DNA from: Candidatus Omnitrophota bacterium
GTDB taxonomy: Bacteria > Omnitrophota > Gorgyraeia > Gygaellales > Profunditerraquicolaceae
DNA length: 64,000 bases
Assembly (NCBI GenBank): GCA_041650295.1
Contig: JBAZLM010000002.1
Span: forward strand, 118,911 to 182,910
Direction of reading: 5' to 3'
Below the pieces are notes generated by a model. The model ran no database searches. It saw only the letters and a program-made list of their open reading frames with translations, and was not told the DNA's origin. This document shows, piece after piece, positions 58,892 through 64,000 of the stretch. The position numbers and the translations under genes were made by a program. Position 1 is the stretch's first letter. Each line of letters opens with the position of its first letter.

Positions 58892-60136
58892 ATGTTTTGG
58901 AGTAAAGCTTTTATTCCAACGTTAAAAGAGACACCTAAAGAAGCAGAATCTTTGAGTCACCAATTATTGCTACGTGCAGGATGCGCGCGGATGTTGATGG
59001 CCGGTGCTTATACTTATTTGCCGCTAGGCTTGCGGGTTTTAGAAAATATTCAACGGATTATTCGACAAGAGATGAATGCCAGTGGTGCTAGCGAGTTGCT
59101 TCTACCGGCTTTGCATCCTTTGGAGCTTTGGCAAAAAACCGGTCGAGATAAAGATATTGGTGAAGTAATGTTTAAGTTTAAAGATCGTCGCGACAGAGCC
59201 TTAGCTTTGGGTCCTACTCACGAAGAGGTAATTACGGATTTAGTAAAGAATAATTGCTCAAGCTATCGACAATTGCCGCTGGTTTTATATCAGATTCAGA
59301 CTAAATTTCGTGATGAGATCCGTCCGCGTTTTGGTCTAATTCGTTGTTGTGAATTTATAATGAAAGATGCTTACAGTTTTGATCAAGATGAAGCAGGCTT
59401 AGATAAAAATTATAGTTTAATGTATGAAGCTTATAAACGTATATTTGCTCGTTGTGGATTAAAGACTTTGATCACTGAGGCAGATTCGGGAGTGATGGGC
59501 GGAAAAGTTTCACATGAGTTTATGGTCGAAGCTCCATTAGGTGAAGACGTAGTTTTGGTTTGTCCAAAATGTAATGCAGCGCTAGCTTTTAAAGAAGAAG
59601 TTAAAAATTGTTCCAAGTGTAATCTGGCGATGCAAAAAGTTAATACGATAGAAGTTGGCCATATTTTTAAATTGGGAACAAAATATAGTCAGGCATTAGA
59701 GTGTAATTTTTCTGATGCCAAAGGAAATTTACAGCCAATGATTATGGGTTGTTACGGGATCGGGGTTTCGCGTTTAATTTCAGCGATTATCGAGCAGAAT
59801 AATGATGCCAATGGAATTATCTGGCCTAAAGAAGTCGCTCCTTTTCAGATGATCATTTTACCTTTAGATGTGACTAATGTGCAGATTATGCAAGAGGCTT
59901 TGACTCTTTATAGTCAGCTTAATGGCGCCGGTTTTAGTGTTTTACTGGACGATCGCGATGAGCGAGCCGGAGTAAAATTTAAAGATGCTGATTTAATTGG
60001 CCTACCGGTCAGTGTAGTGATTGGTAAAAAAAGTATTCAGGAGAATAGCGTTGAAGTAAGAATTCGTAAAGATCAATCAACTCAACTTATGCCAAAAGCA
60101 GAGCTGATAAATTTTATCTCTAAAATTATTGTTTAG
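58892..60136 (+). CDS. proS: Proline--tRNA ligase, short form lacking the INS editing domain, with a Cys4 zinc-ribbon-like insertion
   Basis: 'FIPTLKETPKEAESLSHQLLLRAGCARMLMAGAYTYLPLGLRVLENI' is the class II ProRS N-terminus. 'CPKCNAALAFKEEVKNCSKCNL' insertion. 414 aa, versus about 570 for INS-containing bacterial ProRS. Confidence 0.75.
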   Translation: MFWSKAFIPTLKETPKEAESLSHQLLLRAGCARMLMAGAYTYLPLGLRVLENIQRIIRQEMNASGASELLLPALHPLELWQKTGRDKDIGEVMFKFKDRRDRALALGPTHEEVITDLVKNNCSSYRQLPLVLYQIQTKFRDEIRPRFGLIRCCEFIMKDAYSFDQDEAGLDKNYSLMYEAYKRIFARCGLKTLITEADSGVMGGKVSHEFMVEAPLGEDVVLVCPKCNAALAFKEEVKNCSKCNLAMQKVNTIEVGHIFKLGTKYSQALECNFSDAKGNLQPMIMGCYGIGVSRLISAIIEQNNDANGIIWPKEVAPFQMIILPLDVTNVQIMQEALTLYSQLNGAGFSVLLDDRDERAGVKFKDADLIGLPVSVVIGKKSIQENSVEVRIRKDQSTQLMPKAELINFISKIIV

Positions 60137-60156
60137 TAAAAGGGAGGTCACGTAAC

Positions 60157-61383
60157 ATGGATCTGCGTTTAACAGCGATTAAAGATGATTTAGTTAGTAA
60201 ATTAACGGCCAGGGAGCAAGAATTTAAATTTAATTTTGCACAATCTAATCGCGTTGAGTTTAAGCATGTAATTGAGACAGCTTTTAAAATGTTACTGCGA
60301 GAACAGAAGATTAATCTTAATCGTCAGGAGCAAGACGAAATTCTTAGTGAAATAATTTCGTATTTTATTGCTTTTGGTCCGATTGAAAGTTTACTTAGAG
60401 ATCCGGAAATTACAGAGATTATGATTAATGGACCAACTCAAGTCTATGTTGAACGTAAAGGAAAACTTGAGTTGACCGATATTACTTTTGAAAATCAAGC
60501 CCAGGTGGCTTATCTGATCGAAAATATTATTGCACCTTTAGGTAGAAGGATCTCGGAATTTGAACCGTTTGTTGACGCCAGACTTAATGATGGTTCGCGT
60601 GTAAATATTGTGCGTTCACCGGTTTCAAGAATCGGCCCGCTCTTAACGATTAGAAAATTCTCTTATCGAGTTTTACGTATGGACGATTTAATTAAATCTG
60701 GCAGCGTTACTTCGGTGGCCGCGCAATTCTTAAAAGCTTGTGTTATTGCTCGAATAAATATTTTAATTGCCGGGGGTGCTGGAACCGGCAAGACCACATT
60801 TTTAAATGCTTTGATTGATTTTATCCCAGAGAATGAAAGATTAATTACGATTGAAGATACCCGGGAATTAATTGTTGCCCGTAAACATACTGTACCGATG
60901 GAAACCAGGCCTTTTAATATTGAAGGTAAGGGTGAGATTGCGATGCGGGATCTATTTAGAAATGCTTTGCATATGCGTCCGGATCGAGTAATTGCTGGTG
61001 AGGTTAGAGGCGAAGAAGTTTTAGAGATGATTCAGGCGATGAATACTGGTCATGAAGGTTCAATGACTACAATTCATGCCAGTTCTCCTTTAGAAACTTT
61101 AGATCGTTTAGAGATTTTAGCTTTAACCGGAAGCAATAATATGTCTAGTGAAGTGGCCAGAAGACAGATTATCGGTGCGGTAGACTTGATTGTTTATTTA
61201 TCTAGATTTCCTGATGGCTCAAGAAAAGTTACGCAAATTAGCGAAGTAGTAAAAACAAAAGAATATGCGATCCAAGACATTTTTGTTTATGATTACGATG
61301 CTAAAACTCTTAAGCCGACTAATGCTAAACCGCATTTTGTCGATAAATTGCGCAAGGCAGCTAACTATACGCTGGGTGGCTAG
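60157..61383 (+). CDS. CpaF/TadA-family type II/IV secretion system ATPase (paralog 2)
   Basis: 'TEIMINGPTQVYVE', 'LIAGGAGTGKTTFL', 'RVIAGEVRGEEV' and 'TTIHASSP'. Same architecture as 57627-58889. Confidence 0.7.
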   Translation: MDLRLTAIKDDLVSKLTAREQEFKFNFAQSNRVEFKHVIETAFKMLLREQKINLNRQEQDEILSEIISYFIAFGPIESLLRDPEITEIMINGPTQVYVERKGKLELTDITFENQAQVAYLIENIIAPLGRRISEFEPFVDARLNDGSRVNIVRSPVSRIGPLLTIRKFSYRVLRMDDLIKSGSVTSVAAQFLKACVIARINILIAGGAGTGKTTFLNALIDFIPENERLITIEDTRELIVARKHTVPMETRPFNIEGKGEIAMRDLFRNALHMRPDRVIAGEVRGEEVLEMIQAMNTGHEGSMTTIHASSPLETLDRLEILALTGSNNMSSEVARRQIIGAVDLIVYLSRFPDGSRKVTQISEVVKTKEYAIQDIFVYDYDAKTLKPTNAKPHFVDKLRKAANYTLGG

Positions 61384-61398
61384 TAGATTGGGGTTACT

Positions 61399-61854
61399 TT
61401 GGTTAGAGAAGATTTGATTAAAGAATTAAATGAATTATTTTTGCAGTTTCTTAGCCAAGAGAATATTGAGTTAGTTGATTTAATTTGTCGCGATGAAAGT
61501 AATCGGCTTGTTTTAAGGATATTAGTAGATAAGGTTGGCAAAATTACTTTAGGAGAGTGTGCTTTAGTTAATCGCAAGTTGGGTAATTTATTGGCAGAAA
61601 AAAATATTATTGCCTCTGATTATGTTTTAGAAGTAGCTTCACCCGGACTGGATCGGAATTTAAAAACCCAGAGAGATTTTTTGCGCTGTATAAATAAAGA
61701 AGTGGTGTTTTATCTAAATGATTTAATAAATGATAAATGTCAGTGGCAGGGAGTAGTGAATAAAGTAGATAATATAAATGTATGGATTGAAAATGCGGGA
61801 GAGATTTTAGAGATCCCATTATTAAAAATAAACAAAGCAAAGTTAGTATTTTAA
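61399..61854 (+). CDS. rimP: Ribosome maturation factor RimP
   Basis: 'LEVASPGLDRNLKTQRDF' matches RimP. Upstream of nusA. Confidence 0.7.
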   Translation: MVREDLIKELNELFLQFLSQENIELVDLICRDESNRLVLRILVDKVGKITLGECALVNRKLGNLLAEKNIIASDYVLEVASPGLDRNLKTQRDFLRCINKEVVFYLNDLINDKCQWQGVVNKVDNINVWIENAGEILEIPLLKINKAKLVF

Positions 61855-61868
61855 CTGGAGAGAAAAAA

Positions 61869-63137
61869 ATGAGTCAGGAATTGATTGCCATTATTGAACA
61901 GATTGAACGTGAAAAAGGAATTAAAAAAGAAATTATGTTAGAGGCAGTAGAAAGTGCGATGCTCAGTGCTGCTAAGCGTGTGATTGATTTAAAGCCAGAC
62001 GAAGAGTTTAAGGTACAGATTGATCGCTCTACCGGAGAGATTACTGCGTTTCGCAATAATGAACGGGTAACGCATATTGATTTTGGTCGGATCGCTGCTT
62101 CTACTGCGCGTCAGGTAATTATTCAAAAGATGCGTGAAGCCGAAAAAGATGTTGTTTTTGGTGAATTTCAAAGCCGTGTAGGTGAAATTGTTAGCGGTAC
62201 AGTTTATCGTTTTGAAAAAGGAAACGTGATCGTTGATTTATTAGGTAAAGCCGAAGGCGTTTTACTTAAACGCGAACAGTCTCCTAAAGAAGAGTTTAAG
62301 CAAGGTCAGCGTATTCGGGCTTATGTAGTGGAAGTAAAAAAAGATACTAAAGGCCCGCAAATTATCTTATCACGTGCACATCCTAATTTAGTTAAAGAAT
62401 TATTTGAATTAGAGGTTCCGGAAATTTATGAAGGGATCGTAGAGATTAGAGGTATTTCGCGCCAAGCCGGTGAGCGCACCAAGATCTCTGTTTATTCAAA
62501 AAATGATAAAGTGGATGCGGTGGGAGCTTGCGTTGGAATGCGGGGAAATCGCGTGAGAAACATTGTTAATGAATTGCAGGGTGAAAAAATTGACATTGTG
62601 CGTTTTAATGAAGATGTGCGTGAGTATATTAAGGCCGCTCTTTCTCCGGCCAAGGTTTCAGAGATTAAATTGGATCGTGAAAAGATGAAGGCAGGGGTGA
62701 TTGTCGATGATGATCAACTTTCTTTATCGATTGGTAAACACGGACAGAATGTGCGTCTGGCCTCTCGGTTAGTCGGTTGGGAGCTAGATATTCGCACTAA
62801 GAGTATGATTGCTGCGGAAGCGTTGGGCGGAGTTAAAACTGCAGAAGCTGCCGTTGCAACAACAGAAACAGCTAAAGAGGAAGCGAAAGTTAAAAAGGTA
62901 AAGAAAGCAGTTAAGAAAACAATAAAGAAGGAAACTAAAAAAGAAACTAAAAAAGAAAATGTTTCTTTAGCGGATCTTTCTGGCGTGGGAGAAACAATTG
63001 TAGAAAGTTTAAAAGAGGCGGGAATTAAAAATATAAATGATATAATCGAGGCAAAGATCGAAGGATTGACTCAGATTAAAGGGATTGGCGAAGCCAAGGC
63101 TAAGAAAATTATCGCTGCCGCTAAAAAATTATTATAA
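61869..63137 (+). CDS. nusA: Transcription termination/antitermination factor NusA
   Basis: 'MSQELIAIIEQIEREKGI', S1 domain 'GEIVSGTV', KH domains 'VGACVGMRGNRV...IGKHGQNVRLAS', Lys-rich C-terminal tail with HhH-like end. Confidence 0.85.
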   Translation: MSQELIAIIEQIEREKGIKKEIMLEAVESAMLSAAKRVIDLKPDEEFKVQIDRSTGEITAFRNNERVTHIDFGRIAASTARQVIIQKMREAEKDVVFGEFQSRVGEIVSGTVYRFEKGNVIVDLLGKAEGVLLKREQSPKEEFKQGQRIRAYVVEVKKDTKGPQIILSRAHPNLVKELFELEVPEIYEGIVEIRGISRQAGERTKISVYSKNDKVDAVGACVGMRGNRVRNIVNELQGEKIDIVRFNEDVREYIKAALSPAKVSEIKLDREKMKAGVIVDDDQLSLSIGKHGQNVRLASRLVGWELDIRTKSMIAAEALGGVKTAEAAVATTETAKEEAKVKKVKKAVKKTIKKETKKETKKENVSLADLSGVGETIVESLKEAGIKNINDIIEAKIEGLTQIKGIGEAKAKKIIAAAKKLL

Positions 63138-63180
63138 TTTTTTAAGAAAAAAAATTTTAACGTAGAAAAGGAAGGGATGT

Positions 63181-64000
63181 ATGCCCAAAACTAAGAAAGA
63201 TAAAACAGTAGTAAAAAAATTGGTTAAGTCTAAGCCGAAGATTGCGGCTAAAGTTAAAAAGGCTCCAGCTAAAGCACATCCCTTAAAGGCAAAAGTTAGC
63301 GTTAAACTGGTGAAAGCTAAACCGACTGTAAAAAAGGTAAAAGAAGTAACTAAGCTGGTATCAGAATCGGTTAAGCATGAAATAAAACATGAAGTAAAAC
63401 CAGTTGCGCATCCTGTGCATGTTGCGCATTTGCACCATTTACCTAAAGTTGAAAGTAAAGCTGAAGTTAAAGCTGAAGTTAAAGCTGAAGTTAAGCCGGT
63501 AATTAAGCCTAAACCGATAACTTCTCCTCATCCAGAGCCAGTGGTAGAGGTTAAGGTTGCAGTAGATACGAGTAAAGAACTTGAGTTGGAACTTCCGATT
63601 ACGGTAAAAGATTTAGCGATAAAATTACAGGAAAAATCATCGGTGATTATTAAGCAATTGATGGATATGAAAATAATGACCGGAATTAATCAGACTTTAA
63701 GTGAAGATATTCTAAGTAAACTTTGTTTAAAATATAATTTTAAAATTAAGAAAGCTCCAGATGCTGAAGAGTTGGCTTTGCAGGATCATAAAAAAACAGA
63801 TAAACCATCAGAGCTTAAGAATCGTTCGCCAATAGTTACTTTTATGGGTCATGTTGATCACGGTAAAACTTCGCTTTTAGACGCTATTCGTAAAACCAAT
63901 GTCACTGAGGCAGAGCACGGTGGGATTACTCAACACATTGGTGCCTATCGTGTTAGTCTTCCCCAGGGAGAGATAACTTTTTTAGATACGCCTGGTCATG
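63181..64000 (+). CDS. infB: Translation initiation factor IF-2, N-terminal part (continues beyond the window)
   Basis: Lys/Val-rich N-terminal region, then the G-domain '[21 protein letters not shown]...FLDTPGH' at the window edge. Confidence 0.85.
   Translation, partial: MPKTKKDKTVVKKLVKSKPKIAAKVKKAPAKAHPLKAKVSVKLVKAKPTVKKVKEVTKLVSESVKHEIKHEVKPVAHPVHVAHLHHLPKVESKAEVKAEVKAEVKPVIKPKPITSPHPEPVVEVKVAVDTSKELELELPITVKDLAIKLQEKSSVIIKQLMDMKIMTGINQTLSEDILSKLCLKYNFKIKKAPDAEELALQDHKKTDKPSELKNRSPIVTFMGHVDHGKTSLLDAIRKTNVTEAEHGGITQHIGAYRVSLPQGEITFLDTPGH
63450..63500 (+). repeat. Three-unit 12-bp tandem repeat (AAAGCTGAAGTT)x3 inside infB, encoding (KAEV)n
   Basis: 'gtaaagctgaagttaaagctgaagttaaagctgaagttaag' read directly in the sequence. 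Confidence 0.6.

Noticed and set aside
62860-62960. Lys/Glu-rich 'KKETKKETKKE' run in the NusA C-terminal linker
   Set aside because: This is a compositional low-complexity linker, common in NusA tails, not a mobile or repeat element

Overview
This window is a 64 kb, AT-rich (roughly 35-40% GC by eye) bacterial chromosomal segment that is almost entirely coding. 55 of 56 genes lie on the + strand; only a Ski2/HelY-like helicase is on the - strand. The gene content points to a diderm (LPS-producing) bacterium: lpxK, a KDO transferase, a kdsB-kdsA-kdsD-kdsC-lptC/A-lptB block, a heptose kinase and many GT4/GT9 glycosyl- and heptosyltransferases. I cannot assign taxonomy from sequence alone. The unusually frequent multidomain fusions suggest an uncultivated lineage, but that is inference.

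Housekeeping genes include cca, aroC, aroK, dprA, topA, xerC/D, greA, tig, clpP, serA (apparently frameshifted), purA, uppS-cdsA-dxr-rseP-ispG-proS, rimP-nusA-infB and a GH57/DUF4912 glucan pair.

The least ordinary features are:
- A GC-rich, highly structured repeat of about 170-220 bp present in two direct copies (23288-23510 and 33126-33296). The copies bracket a roughly 9.8 kb LPS-core module (lpxK, an LpxL-Elm1 fusion, a GT4-GT9 fusion, GT4, GT9, and a GT9-GT9 fusion). Each copy is followed by a different long inverted-repeat-bounded hairpin element (23518-23773 and 33293-33474).
- A candidate RNA switch that sequesters the ribosome-binding site and start codon of the GT4-GT9 gene (26832-26906).
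- A tightly packed operon: CxxC membrane protein, UbiA-family prenyltransferase, CDA-fold deaminase and a STAS-PilZ fusion (20716-23273).
- A Macro-Nudix fusion protein (8121-9056).
- Two paralogous CpaF/TadA-type secretion ATPases bracketing proS, with no other pilus genes in the window (57627-61383).
- A trigger factor without a PPIase domain.
- A ProRS without the INS editing domain.
- A catalytically degenerate 5'-nucleotidase-like protein fused to thioredoxin-like domains.

No rRNA, tRNA, CRISPR array or recognisable IS/transposase gene was found.
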